Positions 25,346 through 37,274 of a DNA stretch of 64,000 bases are shown piece after piece. The position numbers were made by a program, and so were the translations under genes. The DNA is from Basidiobolus meristosporus CBS 931.73 (lineage: Eukaryota; Fungi; Basidiobolomycota). The stretch covers positions 96,814-160,813 of the forward strand of contig MCFE01000126.1 of NCBI GenBank assembly GCA_002104905.1. The letters run 5' to 3'. Each line of letters opens with the position of its first letter. Position 1 is the stretch's first letter. The notes beneath the pieces are model-generated. The model was not told the DNA's origin and made no database searches. It worked only from the letters and a program-made list of their open reading frames with translations.

Positions 25346-26458
25346 TTAGCCGGAGAATTGCCACCATTCGGCACGCACGGGGGTGACCCCGGAGTCGATC
25401 AAGGCCTGCTCCTTCTTGACCTCGGCCTCGGACTTGAATCCGTGGGGGTTGGTCTTCTGCCAGCGCCAGAGATCCTCGCACATGTCGTTGAGGTCGCGTT
25501 CAGCCTTCCAGTGAAGCTCCTTGGCAGCGAGGGCGGGATCGGCCACGACGCTACCGACATCTCCAGCTCTGCGCTCCACGATCTTGTAGGGCAACTCGCG
25601 GCCCACCACCTTGGACATCGCCTTGCACATGTCCAATACAGAGTACCCGTTCCCGGTACCCAGGTTGTAGATGACGCAGCCTGGGTTCTGGGTCAAGCGC
25701 TCCAGAGCGGCGATATGGCCCAGAGCCAAATCCACCACGTGGATGTAATCGCGTACACCGGTACCGTCCGGGGTTTCGTAGTCCCCGCCGAAGACCTTGA
25801 GATAGGGCAAACGGCCTACGGCAACCTGGGAGATGTAGGGCATGAGGTTGTTGGGGATTCCCTGGGGATCTTCACCGATTCTGCCGCTGCGATGGGCACC
25901 CACGGGGTTGAAGTAGCGGAGGAGGGCAGCGTTCATGGTTGGGTCAGCCTTGTAAGCGTCGGTGATGATCTCCTCAATGTAGAGCTTGGTACGGCCGTAG
26001 GCGTTGGTGCAGCCGGTTCTGCATCCCTCGTGCAAGGGGAGGACCTCTGGGTCACCGTAGACGGTGGCAGAAGAGGAGAACACGATGTCGGTGACCTTGA
26101 ATTCCTGCATCAAACTCAGCAAGACCAAGGTGGACATGATGTTGTTGTGGTAGTAGGTCAAGGGGATGATGGCGGATTCGCCGACCGCCTTGTAGCCGGC
26201 AAAGTGGATGACTGCGGAGAACTCGTACTTCTCGAAGACCTTCTTGAAGTTCTCCCGGTCGCAGCAATCCACCTTGTGGAAGGGGATATCCTTACCGGTG
26301 ATCTCTTCTACTCGACGCAGAGACTCGGAAGAGGAGTTGCACAGGTTGTCAACGACCACCACCTTGTAGCCCCTCTGGAGCATCTCCAGCACGGTGTGAC
26401 TACCGATGTACCCGGCACCACCGGTAATGAGAACATACTTTTGCTGATCGGCACCCAT
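25346..26458 (-). CDS. GAL10: UDP-glucose 4-epimerase (epimerase domain only, no mutarotase fusion), 370 aa
   Basis: LITGGAGYIGSH, HFAGYKAVGES, FSSSATVYG, YGRTK, LLRYFNPVGAH, PNNLMPY and GTGVRDYIHVVDLA motifs. Intronless. Confidence 0.97.
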   Translation of the reverse strand: MGADQQKYVLITGGAGYIGSHTVLEMLQRGYKVVVVDNLCNSSSESLRRVEEITGKDIPFHKVDCCDRENFKKVFEKYEFSAVIHFAGYKAVGESAIIPLTYYHNNIMSTLVLLSLMQEFKVTDIVFSSSATVYGDPEVLPLHEGCRTGCTNAYGRTKLYIEEIITDAYKADPTMNAALLRYFNPVGAHRSGRIGEDPQGIPNNLMPYISQVAVGRLPYLKVFGGDYETPDGTGVRDYIHVVDLALGHIAALERLTQNPGCVIYNLGTGNGYSVLDMCKAMSKVVGRELPYKIVERRAGDVGSVVADPALAAKELHWKAERDLNDMCEDLWRWQKTNPHGFKSEAEVKKEQALIDSGVTPVRAEWWQFSG

Positions 26459-27216
26459 GTTTGTTGCTATGCGCTTTTTTGATGGCTCGGGGGGAGATTC
26501 GGTGGGTATTTATATGCGCGACGAATACTCTGGATTTGGCGCGGTCGCTGGTGAAAACGGAATCTCTCCAGGGAACGACACCCCTATCTCCAGAAGCGCC
26601 GTCCAGATTTGGCAGGTGGTGCAAATTTGCGCCAAGAATGGAATCCGCTCGCAGCACCGCCAGTGGCTTGCACCATGGACGTGTAAGCAGATGGATAGAT
26701 GGTTTTAACCTCGATTGCCATTCACAGACGACGAAGTTCCGCGGGCCACTGAATGGGCCTGCTGGTGACTTTTGGATATATCGAAGAGACGGATTGGGAA
26801 GCCGCGGCACCAAAAATGGGATTGTTATGGATAGGGGTAGGGTTGCTCGTAGCTAATGGTTGATTTCGTCAAGGCCTGGAAGGGGAACGCTAGGTTCCCT
26901 CCAAAGCATACGGATTGGAATTACGTAGATGTCTACGTGGTGGCCTGCCTCCATAACAGGCTTGATTCATCCAAATCTGCACCCGATATGCCAATTTGAC
27001 CATGTTCGTCAGTATCGGAAGGGACCGCATTCGGCCAACAGCGACGGGGATTAGGTTCTATTGAATCCATGGATTTAGGCTTATTTCGATCGCTCTGCAT
27101 TGCCTTGGATACCCAGATTGGTCATGGGCCGCCACTGACAAGCCTCAATCATGACGGAGACATATAAAAATGGTTACCTCTCCGAAGATCCCAACAGAAA
27201 CCCACTTCCCAGAATC

Positions 27217-28816
27217 ATGTCTCAAGATTTCGTACCAGTCGCCCACTCTGTCGCAGAGATCTATGCTCAATCCAGAGTGGACCACGAGATGTAAGTGGCG
27301 GCCTCCGGTCTTGTCGCCATCTCTGCTAGTTGCTAACCGGAAATTTTCTAGGTCCCGGTATCGCGCCTTGGTCGACCGCTTCAAGTCGATCTACGGCTTC
27401 GAGCCCGAGTTTGTCGCCCGTTCCCCAGGTCGCGTGAACATCATTGGTGAACACATCGATTATGCCGGCTTCCCCGTCTTTCCCATGGCTGTGGACCGGG
27501 ACTGCTTGATCGCCGTTGCCACCACCGCCACCGACTGCAAGGTTCGTGTCGCCAACACCAACTCCGCCAAATACCCCAACCGCGAGTTTGAATACAACAG
27601 CGATGACATCGTCTTCATCGATGACACCATCCACGAATGGACCAACTACTTCAAGGCCGGCTACAAGGGAATGCTAGAGAACCTCAAGATGAAGGAGACC
27701 CCAGCCGGCATGTTCTGCCTGATGGACGGGTCCGTTCCATCCGGCGCTGGAATGTCCAGCTCCTCCGCCTTCGTCTGTGCCTCCGCCATCGCCACCATGA
27801 CTGCGAACAAGAAGCAGCTCACCAAGACGGACATCGTTCAGATCTCCATTGCCTCCGAGAGATATGTGGGTGTCAATGGTGGTGGCATGGACCAGACCGC
27901 ATCGGTCATGTCGAACGCCGATTCGGCCACCTTCATCGAATTCCAACCCAAATTCCGCACCACCCCCGTCAAATTCCCCTCCACCAACCCCTCCATTTCC
28001 TTTGTCGTCGCTAACACGTTGGTAACGGCCGATAAGGTGGTCTCAGGCCCTGTTTGCTACAATCTCCGTGTTGTTGAGACCAGAGTGGGGGCCAAGATGT
28101 TGGCCAAGGGATTGAAGCTGGAGGACGAAGCCATCGGCACCTATAAGGAAGTGATGGACGCCTACTTCCGCACCCAGCAAGAGCCTGAATACTCCACTGA
28201 GACTGAACAGTGGATCCATCGGTTGACGAAGATGCTCGAATTGGTTGATCTGCACATCACCAAGCGTCAAGGGTACACCAAGCAGGAGATGGCCCAAGAG
28301 ATCGGTTTGACCGAGCAGGAGCTCCACGACCGCTTTATGTCCAAGTTCCCGGTCCGCGCCGACCTCTTCCAAATCTACACCCGTGCCGTCCACGTCTACT
28401 CCGAATCCCTCAGAGTGGTCAAGTTCCGGGACATCTGCGAAAGCAATAGATCCGAGGTGATCGATAGCGAGGCTATTTTGCGCCAACTTGGCGAGCTCAT
28501 GAACGAGAGCCAGTACTCCTGCCGCGACAACTTCAACTGCTCCTGCCCCGAGCTTGAGGAGTTGACCACCGTTTGCCGCAAGGCTGGTGCTTACGGTTCG
28601 CGGTTGACTGGTGCCGGTTGGGGAGGCTGTACCGTCTCCATGGTCCCAGAAGACAAGGTCGAGTCATTCATCGAAACTGTGAAGAATGAATACTTCCGAC
28701 AGAAATTCCCCGACTTCTCCGAAGAGCAACTCGACTCCATCATCTTCTCCTCCCGACCATCCAGCGGAGCGTTCATCTACAAGAAGCATGCTGCCGTGAA
28801 CCCCATCGGAGGATAA
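27217..28816 (+). CDS. GAL1: Galactokinase, 2 exons (27217-27290, 27352-28816), 512 aa
   Basis: GRVNIIGEHIDY, PSGAGMSSS, GGGMDQ and GSRLTGAGWGG motifs. A 61-nt intron GTAAGT...GCTAAC...TAG restores the frame from ATG 27217. Confidence 0.95.
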
Positions 28817-29060
28817 ATGGCCTTCATCAATCATCATTCGCAATGTATCCATAGTAGTTTCATCACCCAAATCGATCTATTCTCAATAAATCTCTTCCAA
28901 TAACAAGCCACCCTAATCCCTGGATTTTATTAATACCCACCAATTGTCGATTCGGCCATCATGCTCCGAAGGTACACACACCTGGCCAGTCAGGTCTCAC
29001 GTCCTCATTCCAGACCAACGCACCTACGAAAGCTGGCTGAGTGGAGCGCGATGCTAATTA

Positions 29061-29149
29061 AAGCGAAGAGGCAACTTCCAAAACCAACCGAAGCAAAGAG
29101 GCAACTTCCAAAACCAACCGAGGCAAAGAGGCAACTTCCAAAACCAACC
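29061..29149 (+). repeat. 30-bp tandem repeat x3
   Basis: (AAGCAAAGAGGCAACTTCCAAAACCAACCG)-like unit three times. Confidence 0.9.
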
Positions 29150-29527
29150 ATGCCCATGTGGAGAAACCGATGACAAACATGTCGATCCTTCTGGATGGAT
29201 CGATTTGGCTTAATCCGGATGAACTCTGCGTCAAGTAGGGTTGTCTTTGTGTAAGACCTTGACAGTGCCCAGATCGTTCGTCGGGTAAGGGAAATTCTGT
29301 GATTTCTGCTTCTTGGAGACCAAGTTCCCCCTAGTTTCTGAGCAATCGAAGCATCCCCAACTCAGTCACTTGACACTTCTCGGTGATTTGCAAGTTGGTT
29401 GAAGGGTTGATTGGATAGCATGGCGTGGATGACACTGACCACCTATCTATCCCCCATCAGTTCCTGCTAATGTTGAGTATATATTCGCTTAGGTGGTGGG
29501 GATCCGACGCCTCACTTATTCTGACAA

Positions 29528-29630
29528 CATACCTTTACACACCTTTACACACCTTTACACACCTTTCCACTCCCCCACACCCACTTGCACACCTTTGAAC
29601 ACCTTTCCACTCCCCCACACCCACCTACAC
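29528..29630 (+). repeat. ACACCTTT(AC)/CCACTCCCCCACAC micro-repeats upstream of the GDP-mannose pyrophosphorylase gene
   Basis: ACACCTTTAC three times, plus a duplicated ACACCTTTCCACTCCCCCACACCCAC. Confidence 0.75.
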
Positions 29631-29650
29631 ACGCCCTCACCCCTACAACC

Positions 29651-30983
29651 ATGAAAGCACTGATTCTAGTCGGAGGTGAAACCCGAGTTCCTCTAACCTC
29701 CCTTGACTGCGCCACTCACCCATTTCCTTGCAGGTTTCGGTACTCGTCTTCGTCCTCTTACCCTCACTGTGCCCAAGCCTCTAGTGGAGTTCGCCAACAG
29801 GCCTATGATTCTCCACCAGATCGAGGCCTTGGCTCAGGTAAGCCGATTCGTTCGGACGACCCTCCACTTGAACCCAGTCACTGAAGAAGAGTCTCCATGT
29901 AGGCCGGAGTGACCGACATAGTGCTGGCGGTGAACTATCGCCCGAAGACCATGGTGTCCGTGCTCGAGAAATACGAAAAGGAGTACGGGGTGAAGATCAC
30001 CTTCTCTGTGGAGCACGAGCCCTTGGGCACCGGTAAGTGGGTCTGTATGCTCTTGGCTGGCCTGTGTATTCACCTCAGGAATAGCTGGCCCCTTGGCGCT
30101 TGCCAAAGACCTCCTAGGCCGGGACGACACCCCGTTCTTCGTGTTGAACAGCGACATCATATGCGACTATCCCTTTGAGCAGCTGCGCGATTTCCATCGT
30201 CGCCATGGCGGAGAAGGCACCATCGTCGTGACCAAAGTGGACGAGCCTTCCAAGTACGGGGTCGTGGTGAATCACGCGGGGTACTCCACTATCGAGCGCT
30301 TCGTTGAGAAACCCGCGGAGTTCGTCTCCAACAAGATCAATGCCGGGCTGTACATCTTCAGCCCCAAGGTTTTGGAACGTATCGAGGTAAGCAACAGTCA
30401 GGCAGTCCGACCGTGGCCCTTTCGATCACCTGACCTCTCCTCATCACCCTAGCTGAAGCCCACCTCCATCGAGAAGGAGGTCTTCCCCAGGATGGCGGCT
30501 GACTCCCAACTGCACTCCTTTGACTTGGACGGATTCTGGATGGACGTCGGTCAACCGAAGGATTTCCTCACCGGCACCTGTCTCTACCTTTCTCACCTAT
30601 CGAAGCGGAACCCCGAGAGCCTGGCACCCGCCTCAGAGCCGTATGTCAATGGCGGGAATGTCCTGGTCCATCCCAGCGCCAAGATTGGCCAGGGCTGCAA
30701 GATAGGGCCCAACGTGGTGATCGGTCCTAACACTGTGATAGGGGACGGAGTGCGTTTGCAACGATGCGTGCTGCTTGAAGGGGCCAGGGTAAAGGACAAC
30801 GCTTGGATCAAAAGTGCCATCATAGGCTGGCACTCGGTTGTAGGCAAGTGGTGCCGTCTAGAAGGGGTTACCGTACTTGGAGACGACGTTAACATCAGCG
30901 ACGAGATTTATGTTAACGGCGGCGCCGTTCTTCCTCATAAAGGCATCAACGCCAACGTGCTAGAGCCTCAGATCATCATGTAA
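29651..30983 (+). CDS. PSA1: Mannose-1-phosphate guanylyltransferase (GDP-mannose pyrophosphorylase), 5 exons
   Basis: MKALILVGG|[34 protein letters not shown] and a C-terminal hexapeptide repeat. Introns 29676-29733, 29838-29902, 30033-30084 and 30387-30452, all GT-AG. Confidence 0.96.
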
Positions 30984-31158
30984 TTTGACCGAATGTCCGT
31001 ATCCCCCCTCCCACATCAGCCCTCTTCGCTTACAACCAATTGTCCTATGTAACCGTTCAGGAGCCACATGTATATTAGTCACCCATCCCCATCCTTATCC
31101 CGATGCCGATATCTAACCCCACCCGTTTGTAATAAAGCAGTACCGTATCGAGGCTCGT

Positions 31159-31515
31159 TTATTTATAAAGCCTGTAGGCAGCAAGCGCGATGAAGCCTAG
31201 GGAGGGAAAAGACTCGAAATTAGCCAAGCGAGCGTTGGAGCAGGAAGTAGACACTGGACAGTACCTAGACCAATCAGCCTCAAGTTGGTGCGTCTTCTCA
31301 CCAAAGAGGGGTCAAGCTTTGAGGCCTCATGGATGAGATAGCCACCTACACCGGTGAACGCAACGGCACCGGTCAACTTGCACGGCAAACAGTCTTCGTA
31401 CACCACCTTCACCTTCGTCTGGGTCTGGTCGTCCTGAGTCACAAACAAGTCACACACGTCAACCAAGCGCCCTCAAGAAATCACCACCTATCCCACTTAC
31501 TTTCGAGTCGGACAT
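31159..31515 (-). CDS. Small membrane protein, DUF4536/DMAC1-like, 3 exons (31515-31501, 31433-31265, 31196-31159)
   Basis: Spliced product MSDSKDDQ...EDCLPCKLTGAVAFTGVGGYLI...LIGLGFIALAAYRLYK, with DCxxC plus two hydrophobic segments. Both introns are GT-AG and in frame. Confidence 0.7.
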
Positions 31516-31929
31516 TTCTCCACGAAGAATCCAAGCCCACGCAACCTCGCCCAGCAGAAATTTCACCGAAAAAAAAATGGTGGCCAACGAAGCAGACAGA
31601 TGATTCGCTGGAACCCGACCACTCTAGATCTCCATGGATGGAGTGGTTTGATGGTGCCACCAGTCCCATGGACACGAAAATTCCTCGATGTTTTTCGTAC
31701 GTGAATGGGCGAATTTGTTTTCGTGTCGGCTATCGCCAGGGTAGTGGTTGGCTGGACACCCCCAGTCGCCGGATTCCATTGGTCGAGACAATGTTTACGC
31801 TTGGGGGCCCGGGGGTATATGAGAGGAATTGTGGGTTATCAAAGGGATATTTCATATATCTCGAAGCCTCTCTGCCCGACCCTCCTGTCTGAAACCCCTC
31901 CACCCTCATCTTATTCCCTCACCTACACA

Positions 31930-33528
31930 ATGGGACTCACTGAAAAGTCTTACGAAGCCGAAGTGGACGGATACAATCAAGTCTTCTTGGGTAGCACCGA
32001 GGAGCAGTGGGACAAGCGGCGCGATGCCATCAACAACCTCCGATCCTCGCTGAAGGAAGCGGTGACGTTGCGCAACTTCATCCCCGTCTGTTTCATCGTC
32101 TCCACTCAGATCATCGAGTGCATCAAGAGCGAACGCACCCAGCTCTGCAATTTGGCCATGGACTACGTCGAGGAGATCGCCAAGTATGCCAAATCGGAGT
32201 TCGACCCTCTGGCCGAGTACTACCTGGCCAGCATCCTGAGAAACTGCGGACGTACCAACAAGATCGTCAGACTCAAGGCAGGCAACTGCTTGGCCTCGAT
32301 CATGTCGAACGCTGGGCCCACCAGCTGGTTCGTCAAAATGCTGAACGAGAAGTCCCACGAGAACAAGGACATCCGCGTTCACGTGGCCAAAGCGCTTAGC
32401 GCCGTGCTCAAGGACGGCCACGACATCGCCCATTTCGTCGTCCCTATCGAAGAGGCCATCTCAGTCTCCATCGCCGACGCCTCTCCGGAGGTCCGAGAGT
32501 TCGGCATGCAGTCCTACCGGGAGTTCTTCCAAAGATTCCCCGACAGGGAGCAGTCGTTCCGTGGTAAATTGGACATCAGCACCCTGAAAACCCTGGAAAA
32601 ACTCCAGGCCCGCCAGGCCTCCGCCGCCAACAAGAAGAGCCAGCGTCCAGGGATCGCCGAGCTGAAGCGTCAGATGAAAGCCAAGATGATGGCCAGTGCA
32701 CCAGCCAGTGATGTGATAATCGTCGCTGATCAACCTGAATCTGCTCCCATTGAGCCAGCCGCTCAAGAACAACCGCAACAAGATCCCGAGAACAAACCCG
32801 AACCCGAAGTCGCCAACGTTGCTGATGTCTCCACTGCCCCTGTTGAGAGATCTGAGCCTAGACCCCCCTCCCCTCCGAAGGTTGCACCTCTTTGCAACAA
32901 AGTTCCCACCAATGGACCCAGAAGAGCACCTGTTCAGGTGAAGCGTGCAGTCAAGCCACAACCTCCCACAGCAAGACCCTTGGAGGTGAAGACCAATACT
33001 GCATTGTTGTCAAAGCAAACACCCAGCCTACGTAGAACCAACCTCACCATGACTGGTGGTGCCCAGCGAGTGTTGAAGCCGGTGGAGCCCCTGAAGAAGA
33101 AACAACTGATTGGCGATTTGAAGAAAGGATCGATTCCCGCCAAAGCACCCTTGCAATCACAAAACCGCACGGTCAGGAATCCAATGGTGAAGCCTGCCAT
33201 CACCCAGCCTACGGCCAAGGTCAACAGCGGCATGCCCACCCCCAACTCCAAGCGTACCTTGAATATCAACAAAACCGAACTGCCCAAACGGTCCCTCTCC
33301 TCCCTCTCGGAACCCATCAACAATGACAACACCAAGCTGCCCAAGCCCACCCGGTTCAACGCGTCCAACTTTTCGAGACCAACCGCCTCGTCCAACGCCC
33401 GACTAGTTGCCACCACCAGCGAAACCCTCAAACGCAAGGAAACCATCGCCCGAGGCCTCTCGGTCAACGGGAAGCCAAGAAAAACCATCGGGACCACCGG
33501 ACCCCTCAGGGTGCTACGCAGCAATTGA
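31930..33528 (+). CDS. CLASP N-terminal (TOG/HEAT) domain protein with low-complexity P/K/S-rich tail
   Basis: EEQWDKRRDAI, SERTQL, ADASPEVRE HEAT-type motifs of CLASP_N. Likely ATG 31930; the ORF-track start at 31705 has atypical upstream sequence. Confidence 0.75.
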   Translation: MGLTEKSYEAEVDGYNQVFLGSTEEQWDKRRDAINNLRSSLKEAVTLRNFIPVCFIVSTQIIECIKSERTQLCNLAMDYVEEIAKYAKSEFDPLAEYYLASILRNCGRTNKIVRLKAGNCLASIMSNAGPTSWFVKMLNEKSHENKDIRVHVAKALSAVLKDGHDIAHFVVPIEEAISVSIADASPEVREFGMQSYREFFQRFPDREQSFRGKLDISTLKTLEKLQARQASAANKKSQRPGIAELKRQMKAKMMASAPASDVIIVADQPESAPIEPAAQEQPQQDPENKPEPEVANVADVSTAPVERSEPRPPSPPKVAPLCNKVPTNGPRRAPVQVKRAVKPQPPTARPLEVKTNTALLSKQTPSLRRTNLTMTGGAQRVLKPVEPLKKKQLIGDLKKGSIPAKAPLQSQNRTVRNPMVKPAITQPTAKVNSGMPTPNSKRTLNINKTELPKRSLSSLSEPINNDNTKLPKPTRFNASNFSRPTASSNARLVATTSETLKRKETIARGLSVNGKPRKTIGTTGPLRVLRSN

Positions 33529-33741
33529 TTTGTTGGGATGAACGGGACGAGTAATCGGATGGTGATTTTGTATAGTTTCCAATGTAATATAGTATCAAAA
33601 TAAATTATTTCTTTAGTCGATTGAAATCATTCCCAATCCCGCTTGGACCAGCTTGGACCAATGAATCATCCTTTCGAACAGATCCCTTTCATCTAGCGTG
33701 CAGGGAGGATTTCCATCTTCGCTAGGTACCTTTCTTTCACG

Positions 33742-36700
33742 ATGGAGACCGAGTTGACGCAACTGCACAATGTGCTCAACGGTCTGCCCACCATGTCAAA
33801 GGGGATTGTAGATAGCACTAGACATGAGAAGGTTTTCTCTTACATTCAAGGAAATATTACCAAGTACGGGGATGCGTTATATGAAGTGCTAGAAAAGTGG
33901 AACGTTGTCGATACACTATCCGTAAGTTTCCTCCCCCTTCAGAGCCCGCTTGGGTGTTCCCTATGTTGCTTCGAGAGAACAAACCTGTATTGACCGAGTT
34001 GGAAACTAGCGTTGCTTCGAAGAAAACCAGGACTTTCGAGTGACCTCCATAGGTTTGAGGGTCATTGGGCAGCTGATTGACTCGTTGGTGGCCAATCGGG
34101 AGACGCTGTTGGAGAAACTGTTCGCGGACACGAGTGTGTTTACCCAGTTGTGGGAGAGGTTGATTGGGTCGGAGGTGGCTTTACTTCGTTTCGCCTCCAT
34201 GGAATGCCTGAAGAGTCTGGTGAAAAGTAGACTCGGCGCTAGCTGGTGGGCTTTGCACTGTACTTGGGTTTGCGGAAGGGAATTTTGATTATTGATGGGC
34301 TTTTCTTTAGGTTGAACTCTTCGATCGAGTTCCCGGAGATCTTTAGCAACTTGTTATACGACTCAAGTAGCTACGTAAGTGGTTTCCACATATCTCGTGA
34401 TAGGTCGTCATGCTGAACTAGTGGTGCTTATTGTATAGGTTGTCTCCAGCAGCTGCGAGTTTTTCATTTACCTGGTCACCCTTCCGGACACACCGGGCTG
34501 GTCGGATGTTCACGAGGAGCTTCTAGGAAACCTTATCAGCTCCATGAAGCTACTTGCCAACTTGTCGGATATTACCAACCCCAATGGCTCGGTTCACAAC
34601 CGCGTATGCGAGTTGGAATTGATCTGGTCGTTGGTCCACTCAAAGCACCCGCGTTCGTTGAAGTTACTGCACGATCATAAAATGGTAGACTCGATGCAAC
34701 GCGCGATTAGCTACGACCATACTCATCTCCCTTTTTTCAATGCCTAGTTGATGAATATATACGCCCTGCACGGCGATGCAAACAGGGTGATTCAAACGAG
34801 GGCCAACGAGATCCTCAGCACCGTGTTCGAATGGGTGCCATATCCTTTGACATTGCTTGGACCCGCTGACACGTTCGAGCACACCACCAACCAGCAGCTT
34901 CAGTTACAACAGAGTAAGCATGTTCCCACTGGAATCCACATGAATCAACCGCTTATTTCTACGGACAGCCTTTGAATACAGCCTGGCGCACGTCGTGCTA
35001 CCTTTGTTACTGTCGCCAGAAAGCTTCAAGCCACTAGCAGCCATCAGTGTTCTGGACTCGATGGGGAAGCTTGTTCCACGAGATGAAATTCACCGAAGGA
35101 AAATGGGCCAGAGCCTTATAGAAGTCCTGGTTTTCCTGCTTTCTTTGGCGTCGAATCAGACAGACGAGGTAGTGGTGGATTGTCTTACTGCCGACCAGCT
35201 GTTGGAGATCGAACAGAAGGTGGGGCTGCAGCCTAGTCGTTCTCCATCACATGCCTACTAACAGCGTTCATTGTCAGCTGCATGAGCAGTTCGCAAAGGG
35301 AGTTCGGGTAAATACCAATCGTAAGGCTATCGTCCTGAGAACACTGCTGGTTCTTCTCTCTGTCATCAAGAGCGAGCACAACACACTTCAGGTATGGTGG
35401 CAGTATGGTCATTTCGAACGAATCTACAATGACCGGGACATTTCTAGTCCGTAGACTTGATAGACCACTGTTTACATACATTGTCGAATTCAACATTCAA
35501 CCAAGATCAGCGGATTCTGAAGAATGGACTGGCCCTGTTGCATCAACTGTTCGAGCATTTGGAGGAGCAGATCGATGATCAAAAGCTCACCAAGGTATGC
35601 CATATGCTCTAGACTGGCCATGTGAGCCAGTATACTGATGCTTCAGTCATCTCAGGTGTTGAATGAATTGCTGAGCATTCTGAATAACCCGGGATTGTCT
35701 TGTCATGGAGTGAGGCTGCTTCTGGATACATTCAAACATTTCTTGAATACACCAGCCATCGGTCGGGCCGTGTTGAACGTGGGGATTGTGGTGTAGTGTT
35801 AGCACGAGTTTGGGGCCAGCGTTAACTCCGGATTTTCTTCACTAGAGCGTTGGCGAGAGACTGTCTGACGTGTTGGAGAGTAAGTGCTATGACATGAACT
35901 GGGATGTGCGTGATACGGTGCTGGAATTCTTTGGAGAGCTGTTCAATGAGGTAGGCATGACGAGCAGCGCCGGGTGATCCCCCTGAAACTAACGATCCGC
36001 GCAGAATTGCCAGCATGGAATTGAGTTGATCCTCTCGTTTAAGTTGTTGAAAATGGTCATGGAGAAAGTGGCGGATGCCGAGTCGTACGTTCGTGCCTCT
36101 GCCGTACAGACGCTTGGGGTACGTGGATCTGGTCTGGGCTTACTCTTTGCATCTCATCTGACGGGAATTTAGGCTGCAGTGAAGAACCAGAGCGGATGGT
36201 CCGATTTGCATTTGCATGATGGGATCCGCAATCTACTAGGGAAAATGCCCGACCTTCTGTGTGACACCGAAGCATTTGTCAGAAGGGCGGTTTTCGATCT
36301 GATCACGTGCTTGATCAGCTCAAGACAGTATACGCGACTGTTCTTCTCGAGTGAAGCGGGGGAAGAGCCAATCCTGAGGTGAGAAAGCTTGTGAATGTCC
36401 ACCGACCATTCTCTTTAACCATCTCTCATAAGCCACGGGTTGCTGATGAGGCTACTCGACGATTGCGATTGGGAGGTTAGAGTCCGCGGAGTCAAATTCC
36501 TGTACGAGTTGTGGATGGTCAGCTGGAACGAACAAGAATACCGGAACAAACGCGAGTCCTCTGCAGCAGTCAACTGGTTCTTCAACGTGAAAGCTGACGA
36601 GTTGCTGCTAGCGACGGTTGGTTCGGGAGCGATTCATGGTGCTTTGTTCTGATGTACTGACCGGTATCCCTTCTAGATTGAGGATTCGTCTAGATTGGTT

Positions 36701-36976
36701 CGTGGGGAGAGCCTCTCGGCAATCCGCAAGATACTCAAGACCTCTGCGGGCACCGGTACCCTTCAGGGAGGGAAGAGAGATATTCAAGACACACAGGAGT
36801 TGGCGCACGACCAATTCTTGGAGAAGTTACGGAAGATCGACCTGGTCAGGTTGGAAGAATCCGTCGAGGTTGAGCATTTGTATAAAGAAGCCTTAGAGAA
36901 TGACTCGGTTGATAATGAGACTATGATGGAGACCGACCAGCCAAACATCGGAAACAACATCCTGGAATGCTATTGA
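33742..36976 (+). CDS. Multi-exon ARM/HEAT protein, BRAT1-like
   Basis: N-terminal VDSTRHEKV, WDMRDTVLEF, CDTEAFVRRAV, DDCDWEVRV and a C-terminal ILECY* resemble BRAT1 (terminal xCY). Many short GT-AG introns; exon structure not fully resolved. Confidence 0.6.
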
Positions 36977-37274
36977 TTCTTTAGGCAATAAAATCACCTT
37001 GTTGTTGGCCAGCTAATCAGTTAAAATGAGTAATATAATCAGGAAATGCATGGAGATCGGTTAGGATTCTGACTGATTAGCCCACACGTCTAATGGCTCT
37101 TACCCGACCAGCCATTCACCTGGATCCAATCAATTTTTTGCTCCCATTGCTAATGCACGATTGAAAGTTTTCGTAGGAATTTTCATTGAAATTCGCTTTG
37201 TTAAAGAGAGGTTAACCTAAGCTGGTACGGTGTGAACCCTTATCTCTCGTTTCCACCACAGTTCTCTTTTCACC

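Noticed and set aside
25310-26482. 390-aa plus-strand ORF
   Set aside because: Antisense shadow of the GC3-rich epimerase gene; no recognisable motifs.
26459-27216. Gal4 UAS (CGG-N11-CCG) in the GAL10-GAL1 spacer
   Set aside because: None found by eye; only N6 and N9 spacings.
27170-27351. ORF-track N-terminus of galactokinase
   Set aside because: It reads through a 61-nt intron; ATG 27217 plus splicing gives a better protein.
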